From an uncultured Candidatus Rokubacteria bacterium (GTDB lineage: Bacteria > Methylomirabilota > Methylomirabilia > Rokubacteriales > DASRDR01), in NCBI GenBank assembly GCA_963708025.1, contig CAVPSB010000023.1, forward strand, positions 98,000 to 161,999: DNA of 64,000 nt, read 5' to 3'. Below the pieces are notes generated by a model that saw nothing but the letters and a program-made list of their open reading frames with translations, was not told the origin of the DNA and made no database searches. Made by a program: the position numbers and the translations under genes. Below are positions 10,858-20,800 of this stretch, in pieces. Position 1 is the stretch's first letter, and each line of letters opens with the position of its first letter.

Positions 10858-11778
10858 CTGGGGACGATCGAGATCAAGGCCATGACCGACGAGGGCTACC
10901 CCGAGCGGCGGTGACGGCCGCCTCGGCCACGATCGGCCCCATCATCCCACCCAGCGTGCCCCTCCTCTTCTACGGGGTGATGGCCGACGTCTCCATCGGC
11001 CGCCTCTTCCTCGGCGGCTTCGTCCCGGGCCTGCTGATGGCGGCGGCGCTCATGGCCATGATCGTCGGGATACCGCCGCCGCGGCTATCCGCGGCACCCG
11101 GCGCCGACCTTCCGGGTCTTCGCGACGAAGACCCGCCGCGCCTTCCTCTCGCTCATGACCCCGGTGATCCTCTTCGGTGGGATGCTGAGCGGGGTCTTCA
11201 CGCCCACCGAGGCCGCCTTCGTGGCGGCGGTGTATGCGCTGGTGCTGGGCCTCTGGATCCATCGCGAGCTCCACTGGCGGGACCTGCCGCGGCTGTTCCT
11301 CGAGACGGTGGAGACCAACGCGGTCGTGCTCATGCTGGTGATGACGTCCTCGCTGTTCGGCTGGATCCTGGCCCGGGCCCAGGTCCCCCAGCAGCTCGGC
11401 GCCTGGATGCTCGGGGTCTCGCAGAGCCCGCTCGTGATCCTGCTGCTGATCAACGTCTTCCTGCTGATCGTCGGCTGCTTCATGGAGGCCTTGGCGGCGC
11501 TGGTCATCCTGGTGCCGGTCTTCCTGCCGGTGATCCAGCAGCTCGGGATCGACCCGGTGCACTTCGGGCTGGTCATGGTCCTCAACCTGATGATCGGCAC
11601 CCTGACCCCGCCGATCGGCATCGTCCTGTTCGTGGTGGCGCGCGTCGCCGACCTCCCCTTCGAGACGGTGACCCGGGCGACGGCGCCGTTCCTGGTGCCG
11701 CTCGTCGTCGTGCTGGGTCTGATCACCGTCTTTCCGTCGATGGTGCTGTTCGTCCCGCGGCTGGTCCTCGGCCCCTGA
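10858..11778 (+). pseudogene. TRAP transporter large permease (DctM) remnant, 5'-truncated with frameshifts
   Basis: LGTIEIKAMTDEGYP / AASATIGPIIPPS / FTPTEAA / LGIDPVHFG / TPPIG split over different frames; N-terminus and dctPQ absent. Confidence 0.8.
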
Positions 11779-11785
11779 GATTATC

Positions 11786-11872
11786 GGGACCTCCCTCCAC
11801 CCCCCCGGCCCCCCTCCCCCACCCACCGGGGGGAGGGGGGAGCCGGAGGCCCGATTCCTTTACAGGCTCTGA
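11786..11872. repeat. Family B palindromic repeat (GGGACCTCCC...GGGGAGGGGGAGCCGGAG)
   Basis: Matches 15211-15384, 25066-25140, 37033-37171 and 39668-39781. Confidence 0.85.
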
Positions 11873-11966
11873 AGCCGACGGGCGGAGGATTGACGCTGCC
11901 GGCATTGGCTGGCGGGCCCTGATCGCCGCGCGTGGCCGGGCGAACTGCGCTAGGATCGGGGGCGGG

Positions 11967-13502
11967 ATGGCCGAGCCGTTCAGCTACGACGTCATCGTCC
12001 TGGGGGGGGCCTTCAGCGGGGCCGCCACCGCCCTCCTCCTCCGCCGCGAGTGTCCCCAGCTTCGCCTGCTGATCGTGGAGAAGGCGCCGCGGTTCGACGA
12101 GAAGGTCGGCGAGGCCACCACCGAGATGTCCGGCCTCTTCCTGACCCGGCGGCTCGCCCTCTGGGAGCACCTCGAGCGGGAACAGCTGCCCAAGGAGGGC
12201 CTGCGCTACTGGTTCCACAACGAGCGGGTCCACGGGCACGCCGAGGCGAGCGAGACGGGCGCCTACCACCGGAGCGCGGTCCCCTCCTTCCAGCTCCGCC
12301 GCGACGCGCTGGACGAGCACCTGCTGGCGACCGCGGTGGCCGAGGGCGCGGCCCTCCTCCGCCCCGCGAAGGCACGTGACGTGACGCTGGGAGCGTTCGC
12401 CCACCAGGTGACGGTCGAGCGCGAGAGCGGGGAGACGGTGACCGCCCACTGCCGCTGGCTGCTGGACGCCACCGGCCGCGCCACGGTCCTCGGGCGGAAG
12501 CTCGGGCTGATCGACCGGAACGAGGCGCATCCGACCGCGGCGATCTGGGCGCGCTGGACCGACGTCCGCCACGTCGACGACCTGGTGTCCCGCGAGATCC
12601 CGGCGCTCGGCCGTCACGCTGTCGCCTCCCGGCGGCTGGCCACGAACCACTACGTGGGCTTCGGGTACTGGGTGTGGGTGATCCCCCTCGGCAACGGCGA
12701 GACGAGCATCGGGGTCGTCTTCGACAAGCGCCTGCTCCGCCTCCACGAGAGCCGGAGCCGGGAAGAGGATTTCCGGGGCTTCCTCGGGTCGATCCCGGCG
12801 CTGGCCGAGCTGCTCAAGGGCGCCACGCTGCGCCGCGAGGACCTCCGCTTCTACGCGCACCTGCCCTACGTGACCCGCCAGTACATGGGGGAGGGCTGGG
12901 CCCTCCTCGGTGACGCCGCCGCCTTCCTCGATCCCTATTACTCGCCGGGGCTCGACCACGCCGCCTTCACGGCCGAGGCGACCACCGCGATCGTCAAGGC
13001 CGACGCGGCCGGGGAGGACGTCGGTTCGCGAATCCGCGAGCACAACGCGACGTTCCTGCGCTCGTACCACCGCTTCTTCCGTGCGGTGTACCGGGACAAG
13101 TACTTCTACCTGGGCGAGCAGGACCTCTGCTCGGCGGCGTTCCTCCTCGACACCGTGCAGTACTATCTGTTCGTCGTCATCCCCGCCTACCGGAAGCCCG
13201 GCCGCTTTCCCTGGATGCCGGTCCTGGGTCCGAAGCCCGCGCTCCTGAGCTATCGCCTGATGGACGCCTACAACCGGCGGTTCAAGGCCCTCGCGCTGCT
13301 GCGGCGCGCCCGGGGCGAGGCCGGCCACCGGAACGACGGCCGCCACCTGAAGGCCTACTTCAACCTGCGGGGGGCGCCCTTCCGGATGCTCGGGCGCGGC
13401 CTGCGGCTGTGGCTCGCCGCGGAAGTGGATGGGCTGCGGCTCCGCGTCCGCGCGCGGTCCGGCGGGCCGCGTCCCACGGACGGCGAGGCGGTGGCTCCGT
13501 GA
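11967..13502 (+). CDS. Flavin-dependent halogenase-like protein (Trp-halogenase superfamily)
   Basis: Rossmann GGAFSG, KVGEAT, PKEGLRYWF, WVWVIP (WxWxIP halogenase motif), GDAAAFLDPYYSPG; true start is ATG 11967, not 10695. Confidence 0.8.
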   Translation: MAEPFSYDVIVLGGAFSGAATALLLRRECPQLRLLIVEKAPRFDEKVGEATTEMSGLFLTRRLALWEHLEREQLPKEGLRYWFHNERVHGHAEASETGAYHRSAVPSFQLRRDALDEHLLATAVAEGAALLRPAKARDVTLGAFAHQVTVERESGETVTAHCRWLLDATGRATVLGRKLGLIDRNEAHPTAAIWARWTDVRHVDDLVSREIPALGRHAVASRRLATNHYVGFGYWVWVIPLGNGETSIGVVFDKRLLRLHESRSREEDFRGFLGSIPALAELLKGATLRREDLRFYAHLPYVTRQYMGEGWALLGDAAAFLDPYYSPGLDHAAFTAEATTAIVKADAAGEDVGSRIREHNATFLRSYHRFFRAVYRDKYFYLGEQDLCSAAFLLDTVQYYLFVVIPAYRKPGRFPWMPVLGPKPALLSYRLMDAYNRRFKALALLRRARGEAGHRNDGRHLKAYFNLRGAPFRMLGRGLRLWLAAEVDGLRLRVRARSGGPRPTDGEAVAP

Positions 13503-14380
13503 GGGTGATCGCCCGGGGCGTGGGGATCGCGCTCCTGCTGGCGGGCTGCGCCGCCTCCGGACCCGTCGATCCCGGCGGCAGGCCCGAGCCGTCACCGGTC
13601 CAGCTTCGCCAGACCGTCGAGGACCTGGGCCGCGAGGTCCGCGACCTGCGCGCCCAGGTCGAGGCGACACGCCGGGTGGCGGTGGGATACCAGGATCTGG
13701 CCGGCCTGCGAGCCGAGCTGGAAGCGGTGCAGGCGGCGCTCCAGGCGCTCATCCGGGACCTGGAGCAGCGGCAGCTCGAGGCGTTCCAGGCGGTGGATCG
13801 CCGGCTGGCCACGATCGGAGGCCGGATCGGTGAGCTGGCGGCGGCCGCCCGCCGTGCCGATGCCGGAGCGGGGGAGCGGAGCCAGCCGAGCGGCCCGGCC
13901 GAGGGCCCGCCGGCGCCGCCGCCGTCCCCGGGTCCGGCGCGGGCCGAGGCGACGGCCCCGGCTCAGGCGACGGCGACCCCGGTCACGGCGCCGGCCGAGC
14001 CGGCCAGGGAGCCGGGCAAAGAGCCGGCCGAGGGGCCGGGGATACCGCGCGGGCGGACCATCCAGCGGGTCAGCCCCGCCGAGGCGTCCGGCGAGACCCG
14101 CGTCAGCGTCGAGGCCGACGGCCCGCTGAGTCCCCGAGCCTCCACGCTGGCCGATCCGCCGCGCGTCATCCTCGACTTCGAGAACGTCGCGTTCGGCTTC
14201 GGCCGGACTCCTGTCGAGGTGGATGGGCCCATCCTCGAGCGGATCCGCTTCATCCAGCTCCGGGCGGTCCCGACCCCGGTGATCCGGCTGGTCCTGACGC
14301 TCAAGCGGTCGGTGCCGTACTGGATCGAGCCACAGGCCCGTGGCCTGATCGTCCACCTCGGAAGCGCCCCGCCCCGGTAG
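13499..14380 (+). CDS. Lipoprotein with coiled coil, Pro-rich linker and C-terminal AMIN domain
   Basis: Lipobox LAGC; LADPPRVILDF...VIRLVLTL typical of AMIN domains; GTGA overlap with the halogenase stop. Confidence 0.75.
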   Translation: MRVIARGVGIALLLAGCAASGPVDPGGRPEPSPVQLRQTVEDLGREVRDLRAQVEATRRVAVGYQDLAGLRAELEAVQAALQALIRDLEQRQLEAFQAVDRRLATIGGRIGELAAAARRADAGAGERSQPSGPAEGPPAPPPSPGPARAEATAPAQATATPVTAPAEPAREPGKEPAEGPGIPRGRTIQRVSPAEASGETRVSVEADGPLSPRASTLADPPRVILDFENVAFGFGRTPVEVDGPILERIRFIQLRAVPTPVIRLVLTLKRSVPYWIEPQARGLIVHLGSAPPR

Positions 14381-14424
14381 CATCCCTCGGGGATCGCTCA
14401 CCCCTCTCATCCCACATCTTGCGG

Positions 14425-14455
14425 TTGCCCGTACTACCCAACGCGTGTTTAGTAT
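14425..14455 (+). promoter_or_regulatory. Candidate promoter and SOS/LexA-type operator upstream of imuA
   Basis: AT-richer dyad TACTA-N13-TAGTA enclosing CAAC-GCGT-GTTT (resembles GAAC-N4-GTTY) overlapping a -10-like TAGTAT. Confidence 0.4.
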
Positions 14456-14511
14456 GAGCACGCGGTCGCGCTGCCCCGTGGGCCGGGCGCCGGCCGCCCG
14501 ATCTCGAAGCC

Positions 14512-15210
14512 ATGAGCGTCTCACGCGTCGATCCGGCCGAGCTGGGCGCCCTCCCCGCCGTGGCGCCGTTCGTGGTCCGGCCCGGCTGCGTCCCCGGGCG
14601 ACTCCCGGCGGCCGCGACCGGGCTGTCGTCGCTCGATGCGCTCCTCGGCGGCGGCTTCCCCCGCGGACGGATCTCGGAGGTCGTGGGCCCCCGGGGCTCC
14701 GGGCGGACCAGCGTGCTCCTCGGGAGCCTGGCGCGCGCGACCGGGAGCGGCGCGCTCGCCGCCCTCGTGGACGTGACGGACCGGCTGGATCCCGCCTCGG
14801 CCCGGGCGGCTGGCCTGACGCTCGGGCAGCTCCTGTGGGTCCGGTGCGGCGGGGATCTCCGGACGGCGCTCCAGGCGGCCGATGTGATCGTGCGCGGCGG
14901 CGGCTTCGACCTGGTGGCCGTGGACCTCGGCGAGCTCCCCCCGTGGCGGCTCCAGCGCGTCCCGGCGGCCGTCTTCGTCCGGCTCCAGCGGGCGGTCGAG
15001 GGGACGCCGACGACGCTCGTTCTCGCCGGGACTCGACGGGTGGCGGGGAGCATGGCCACCGCGGCGGTCACCCTGTCCCGGACGCGACCCCGGTGGCAGC
15101 GTGGCGGCCCCGGCCTCCTGGCCGGGCTGGCGACGGAGGCGCGGCTCGTCCGCTCCCGCGAGCGCGCTCCGGGCGCCTCGGCGGCACTGGTGTGGACCGC
15201 GGGTGAATGA
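14512..15210 (+). CDS. imuA: ImuA / RecA-like translesion accessory protein
   Basis: TGLSSLDALLGGGFPRGRISEVVGPRGSGRTS; first gene of an imuA-imuB-dnaE2 cassette. Confidence 0.85.
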   Translation: MSVSRVDPAELGALPAVAPFVVRPGCVPGRLPAAATGLSSLDALLGGGFPRGRISEVVGPRGSGRTSVLLGSLARATGSGALAALVDVTDRLDPASARAAGLTLGQLLWVRCGGDLRTALQAADVIVRGGGFDLVAVDLGELPPWRLQRVPAAVFVRLQRAVEGTPTTLVLAGTRRVAGSMATAAVTLSRTRPRWQRGGPGLLAGLATEARLVRSRERAPGASAALVWTAGE

Positions 15211-15384
15211 ATGGGCGCCTCCGGCTCCCCCCTCCCCCCAGCCAAAGGCTCAAGGCCATCGAAGGATCGGGTAGGCGGGAGGTTCTACGATCCCCGGCTC
15301 CGCACATGAATGGGCGCGCCTCCGGCTCCCCCCTCCCCCCAGTGGGTGGGGGAGGGGGGCTGGGGGGGTAGGAGGGAGGTTCTA
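15211..15384. repeat. Two tandem family B repeat copies between imuA and imuB
   Basis: ATGAATGGGCGC(GC)CTCCGGCTCCCCCCTCCCCC occurs at about 15207 and 15306, each unit ending GGGAGGTTCTA. Confidence 0.85.
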
Positions 15385-15385
15385 A

Positions 15386-16864
15386 TTGTTCGCGTGTCTG
15401 TGGGCGCCCCACTTCGCGGCGGCGGCGCTGCTGCGGAGCGATCCCGGACTGCGCGACCGGCCGGTGGCCGCCCTCGCGGGGACCGAGACGACCCGCACGG
15501 TGTTCGAGCCGAGCCCGGAGGCGTGGGCCGCTGGCGTCCGGCCGGGCATGAGCGCCGGCGAGGCGGTCACGCGCGCCCCCGGCCTCGTCGGCCGGCTGCG
15601 TGACCTCGACGCCGAGCGCTCGGCGGCGGCCGCGCTCCTCGACGTCGCCATGGCCACCTCGCCGCGCGTCGAGGCCGCCGCGCCCGACCGCGTTCACCTC
15701 GACCTGACCGGGCTCGAGCTCTTCGGTGACGAGCGGCAGATCGGCGAGCGGCTCGCGCTGGGAGCCGCCAGCCTGGATCTGCCGGCGCGCGTTGGCATCG
15801 CGGGGAGCCGCACGGCCGCCGGCCTGGCGACGCGCGCGGCGGCGGGGGTGACGATCGTCCCGGCCGGGGAGGAAGCGGCCTTCCTCGCGCCGCTCCCGGT
15901 GGCGCTCCTCGACCCGCCGGCCGAGCTGGCGACGGCGCTCGAGCGGTGGGGAGTCCGCACCCTGGGCGAGCTGGCGGCGCTCCCGGCGGCCGGGCTTCTC
16001 GCGCGGCTCGGCGTGGAGGCCGCATCGCTCCGGGCCCGCGCGCGGGGTGGGGACGACCAGCCCTTCGTCCCGTACGTGGCCGCCGAGCCGTGCGTCGAGG
16101 CGCTCGCCCTGGACTGGGAGGTCACCCACCTCGACGGGCTCGTCTTCGTCCTTCGCCATCTCCTCGAGCGGCTGGCGGCGCGCCTGGCGCTCTCCGAGCA
16201 GGGCGCCCGCGCCCTCGCGCTGACCGTGGGCCTCGCCGATGGGGCCGTGCACCGGCGGCGACTCGCGCTCGTGGCGCCGCTCCGCGAGGCCCGGACGCTC
16301 CTGGCCCTCCTCCGGGCCGATCTCGACGGGCTCACGCTGCCCGCCCCCGTCGTCTCCCTCGCCGTGGAAGCTGAGCCGGCGCGACTCCGTCCGGCGCAGC
16401 CGGATCTGCTCACCCCGAAGCGCCCGAGCCCGCACGAGCTGGCCCGGACGCTCGGCCAGCTCGGCGCGCTCGTCGGCCCGGACCGGGTTGGCGCCCCCGC
16501 GCTGGGGGACACCCATCGGCCGGACGCGGTCGGCGTGGTCCCGTTCACCGGGGCGGTCGCGCGCCAGGCCGCGGTCGCGGCCCTGACGCTCTCCGACGCC
16601 GGCCGGCTGGCCTGCTGCCGCTTCGCCCCGCCGCTGCCGGCGGTGGTCACCGCGCGCGACGGCCAGCCGCGCCATGTCGAGGCGCCGGGGGTGGCGGGCG
16701 CGGTCGCCGCCTGCGCCGGGCCGTGGCGGACAGCGGGGGAGTGGTGGACCGACACCATCTGGTCGCGCGAGGAGTGGGACGTGGCCCTGGCCGACGGCGC
16801 CGTCTACCGCCTCGTCCTCGACCGCGCCCGCGGCGCCTGGACAGTCAACGCCGTCTACGACTGA
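15386..16864 (+). CDS. imuB: ImuB, catalytically inactive Y-family polymerase homologue
   Basis: GVRPGMS..EA, SPRVE, WGVRTLGEL, QPDLL clamp-like motif, DTHRPD, C-terminal GPWRTAGEWW...W; TTG start. Confidence 0.85.
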   Translation: MFACLWAPHFAAAALLRSDPGLRDRPVAALAGTETTRTVFEPSPEAWAAGVRPGMSAGEAVTRAPGLVGRLRDLDAERSAAAALLDVAMATSPRVEAAAPDRVHLDLTGLELFGDERQIGERLALGAASLDLPARVGIAGSRTAAGLATRAAAGVTIVPAGEEAAFLAPLPVALLDPPAELATALERWGVRTLGELAALPAAGLLARLGVEAASLRARARGGDDQPFVPYVAAEPCVEALALDWEVTHLDGLVFVLRHLLERLAARLALSEQGARALALTVGLADGAVHRRRLALVAPLREARTLLALLRADLDGLTLPAPVVSLAVEAEPARLRPAQPDLLTPKRPSPHELARTLGQLGALVGPDRVGAPALGDTHRPDAVGVVPFTGAVARQAAVAALTLSDAGRLACCRFAPPLPAVVTARDGQPRHVEAPGVAGAVAACAGPWRTAGEWWTDTIWSREEWDVALADGAVYRLVLDRARGAWTVNAVYD

Positions 16865-17069
16865 GCGGCCCCTCAGAATCCGACCGTTTTGTGGTGCATC
16901 AGGTGGGACCTGGCTCCGGCTGTGACGCAATCGCCGAGGATGGGTTAGCGCGGATAAGCCCGGATGGGGGTCCGCGGGCAGGGACCGTGAAGCGGGTGGG
17001 CGCAGCTCCCCCGGCCCGACTGAGCGCGAACGGCTCATGCACAGGCAGGGATAGGCACGGGAGGGCATC

Positions 17070-17585
17070 ATGACCGATCTCATCCCGATTGGGCGGATTG
17101 CGCGATCGATTCTCGTCATTCGTGGGCACCGCATCATGCTGGACGCGGATCTGGCTGAGCTCTACGGGGTCCGGACGAAGGCGCTCAATCAGGCTGTCAA
17201 GCGCAACCGAGAACGCTTTCCTGAGGATTTCATGTTCCGGCTGACTCGGGAGGAAAAGGACGAGGTGGTCACCGAGTGTGACCACCTCCGACGACTCAGG
17301 TTCTCCCCCGTGTTGCCCCACGCCTTTACCGAGCACGGTGCCATCATGCTCGCCAGCATCCTGAACAGCCCCGCTGCCGTCTACACCAGCATCCAAGTCG
17401 TCCGCGCGTTCGTACGGCTCCGAGAAGCGATGGCCTCCCACAAGGACCTGGCCCGCAAGCTCGAGGCGCTGGAAAAGAAGTACGACGCACAGTTCAAGGT
17501 AGTGTTCGATGCGATCCGGCGGCTGATGGAGCCACCTCCGCGACCGACGGTGAAGATCGGGTTTCGCCCGGAGAGCGACCGCTAG
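17070..17585 (+). CDS. ORF6N-domain DNA-binding protein (phage antirepressor-like)
   Basis: IRGHRIMLDADLAELYGV.TKALNQAVKRNRERFPEDFMFRLT..E, AFTEHG, LEKKYDAQFKVVFDAIR, KIGF; less GC-biased codons than neighbours. Confidence 0.9.
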   Translation: MTDLIPIGRIARSILVIRGHRIMLDADLAELYGVRTKALNQAVKRNRERFPEDFMFRLTREEKDEVVTECDHLRRLRFSPVLPHAFTEHGAIMLASILNSPAAVYTSIQVVRAFVRLREAMASHKDLARKLEALEKKYDAQFKVVFDAIRRLMEPPPRPTVKIGFRPESDR

Positions 17586-17881
17586 TGCCGTTCCAACTAG
17601 CCCCGATCGGCGATTACCGGAGACCGATCGCCATACTCGGACCGCTCGGACAGCGACGTTTGGGGGATCGCATGCGTTCGAATGACGGCCACCCACGGGG
17701 CGTTGACATCCACCCGTGGAGCGAGCTTGGCGCGGCGCCAGACCTGGGGCTCGCGTGGTCGCGATCATTCGACGAATCGCCGATCGGGGCTAGATGAGCC
17801 AAAATGGACAAGCGATTCTTGAAGCACCGACGTACCGCATTCCTCGAACGCACTGGCTAGAACAAGTTGGAACGGCACTAG
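17582..17881. mobile_element. Non-autonomous MITE with CTAG ends containing a second nested MITE (17597-17793)
   Basis: Perfect inverted repeats CTAGTGCCGTTCCAACT (17582-17598) / AGTTGGAACGGCACTAG (17865-17881); inner CTAGCCCCGATCGGCGATT (17597-17615) / AATCGCCGATCGGGGCTAG (17775-17793). Confidence 0.8.
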
Positions 17882-17894
17882 CCAAGCGGCGGCG

Positions 17895-20800
17895 ATGCCC
17901 TACGTCGAGCTCTCCGCCGCCAGCGCCTTCAGCTTCCTCGAGGGCGCCTCCCAGCCGGAGGCTCTTGCCGAGCAGGCGGCGGCGCTCGGCTACCCGGCCC
18001 TCGCGCTTGTCGACGCCGACGGGCTCTACGGCGCGGTGCGCTTCTACAAGGCCGCGACCGAGGCCGGCGTCCGCCCACTCGTCGGCACCGCGCTCACCCT
18101 CGACGACGGCGCGCGGCTGCCGGTCCTCGTCGAGACGGCGGAGGGCTACCGGAATCTCTGCCGCCTGCTCACCCGCGTCAAGTTCCGGGCGGCCAAGGGA
18201 AGGGCCCGCGCCCGGCTCGAGGACTTGGAGGGCGAGACCGGCGGGCTCGTCTGCCTGACCGGCGGGGTCGAGGGCCCGCTGGCGGCGGACCTCGGGGCCG
18301 GGCGCCGGGACGCGGCGCGCCGAGCCCTCGAGCGGCTGGTCGGCCTCTTCGGCCGCGGCCGGGTGTACGTGGAGCTCCAGCGGCACTGCACGCGCGAGAG
18401 CGAGCTGCGGACGCGCCGGCTCCTCGAGCTGGCCGGCACGCTCCGCCTGCCGGTGGTCGCGACCAACGGCGTCCGCTACGCCACGCCGCCCGAGCGCCGG
18501 GTCCTCGACGTCTTCACCGCGGTCCGCCACAAGACGACGCTGGACGCCGCCGGCCGGCGCCTCGAGCCGAACCTCGAGCGCTGGCTCAAGCCTCCCGCCG
18601 AGATGGCGCGGCTCTTCGCCGACCAGCCGGCGGCGGTGGCCGAGACGGCCGAGCTGGCCGCGCGCCTGACCTTCACGCTGAAGGACCTCGGTTACCGCTT
18701 CCCGGACTACCCGGTGCCCGGCGGCGGCTCCCCGGGCGCCCATCTGCGCGCGCTGACCGAGGCCGGGGCGCGCGAGCGCTACCGGACGGTCACCGAGCGC
18801 GTCCGCCGCCAGCTCGCCCGTGAGCTGGACCTGATCGAGACGCTCGACCTGGCGGGCTACTTCCTGATCGTCTGGGACATCGTCCGCGAGTGCCGGGCGC
18901 GCGGGATCCTCGTCCAGGGCCGCGGCTCGGCGGCCAACAGCGCGGTCTGCTACAGCCTCGGCATCACCGCGGTCGATCCCGTCGGGATGGATCTCCTCTT
19001 CGAGCGCTTCCTCTCCGAGGAGCGCCACGAGTGGCCGGACATCGACCTCGACCTGCCCTCCGGTGACCGCCGCGAGGCGATCATCCAGTACGTCTACGAG
19101 CGCTACGGGCGGACGGGCGCGGCGATGACGGCCAACGTCATCACCTACCAGCCGCGCCGCGCCGCCCGCGAGGTGGGGAAGGTCCTCGGCTTCCCGCCCG
19201 ACCTCCTCGACCGCCTCGCGAGGTTCCTGCCCAACTTCGAGTACCGCGACCCGACCGACCGGGACCCCGCCCGCCACCTCGCCCGGGTCGGCCTCGACCC
19301 CGCCCACCCGCGCGTCCGCGGCTTCGCTGAGCTGTGGGCACGCGTCCAGGGGCTGCCACGGCACCTCGGCCAGCATTCGGGAGGCCTGGTCCTCTGCGCC
19401 GGCCGTCTCGACGAGATCGTGCCGCTCGAGCCGGCGACCATGCCGGGGCGCACCGTGGTCCAGTGGGACAAGGACGACTGCGCCGACATGCGGATCGTGA
19501 AGGTGGACCTCCTGGGCCTCGGCATGATGGCGGTCCTCGAGGACGCCCTCGTCCTGTGCCGGGAGGCCGGCCACGACGTGGACCTCGCCCACCTGCCGCC
19601 GGACGACCCGGCGGTCTACGCCGCGCTCCAGCGGGCCGACACGATCGGCGTCTTCCAGGTGGAGAGCCGCGCCCAGATGGCGACCCTGCCGCGGCTCCGC
19701 CCCGAGCGCTTCTACGACCTGGTGGTGGAGGTCGCGATCATTCGCCCGGGCCCCATCGTCGGCGACATGGTGCATCCCTACCTCGCCCGCCGCGCGGGCC
19801 GGGCGCCGGTCGCGTATCCCCATCCATCGCTCGCGCCAATCCTCGAGCGCACGCTCGGCGTCCCGCTCTTCCAGGAGCAGCTCCTCCGTATGGCGATGGT
19901 CGCCGCCGGCTTCACCGGCGGCGAGGCCGAGGAGCTGCGCCGGGCCCTGGGCTTCCGGCGCTCGGAGGCGCGGATGAAGGCGGTCGAGGCGAAGCTCCGC
20001 GCCGGCATTGCGCGGAACGGGATCGCCGGCGAGGCGGCCGAGGAGATCGTGCGGGCCATTACCTCCTTCGCGGAGTACGGGTTCCCCGAGTGCGTGGTGG
20101 GCGATACGCGCGTGCTCGACGCCGACACCGGACGCCGAGTTCGGATCGATGATGTCGCGGCCGGACGCGTGCCGATTTCGAGCACGCTGGCCTGTGACGT
20201 GCACCTGCGACTCCAGAAGCGTCGTGTCCTCGGCGCTACGGCGAGCGGTCCCCGGATGGTCTACCGGCTCCGCACCGCTCTCGGCCGAGAGCTTCTGGCC
20301 ACGAGCGAGCACCCGCTGCTGACGATGAGCGGCTGGCGCCCACTCGGCGAGCTTCGCGTCGGCGATCATATCGCGGCGGCCCGCGCACTTCCTGGCCTGG
20401 GGCGGAAACGTTGGCCGCGCCACCACCTGATCGCTCTGGCCGACCTCATCGCCGAGGGCAACCTGTGTCACCCCACGACGATGTACTTCTACACGACAGA
20501 TTGCCGGCAACGCGACGAGTTCGTGGGCGCGGTCGAACAGTTCGACAACACGCGCGCTACCATTGCTCGTCACCGGAGCTGTTTCAGCGTGCACGTTCGC
20601 CGCCGGGACAGAGGGCGTTCCAACGGGGCGATCGAGTGGGCGAAGACGCTCGGAATCTGGGGGTGTGGCGCGCGGGAGAAATACCTGCCCGACGAGGTGT
20701 TCGAGTTACGGGACGCCGATCTCGCGCTGCTGCTCGCTCGTCTGTGGGAGGGCGACGGCTCGCTCTCGTCTAGGGGTCACGCCACATACGACACTGCGTC

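Noticed and set aside
10695-13502. 935-aa ORF suggesting a DctM-halogenase fusion
   Set aside because: Only a short part is in the DctM frame; the rest reads off-frame through dctM and a repeat. The halogenase has its own start at 11967.
14360-14380. SAPPR C-terminus of the AMIN protein as an arrest motif
   Set aside because: Lacks the Arg before APP required in RAPP-type motifs
17070-17585. Prophage
   Set aside because: ORF6N is isolated; no integrase, structural or replication genes nearby
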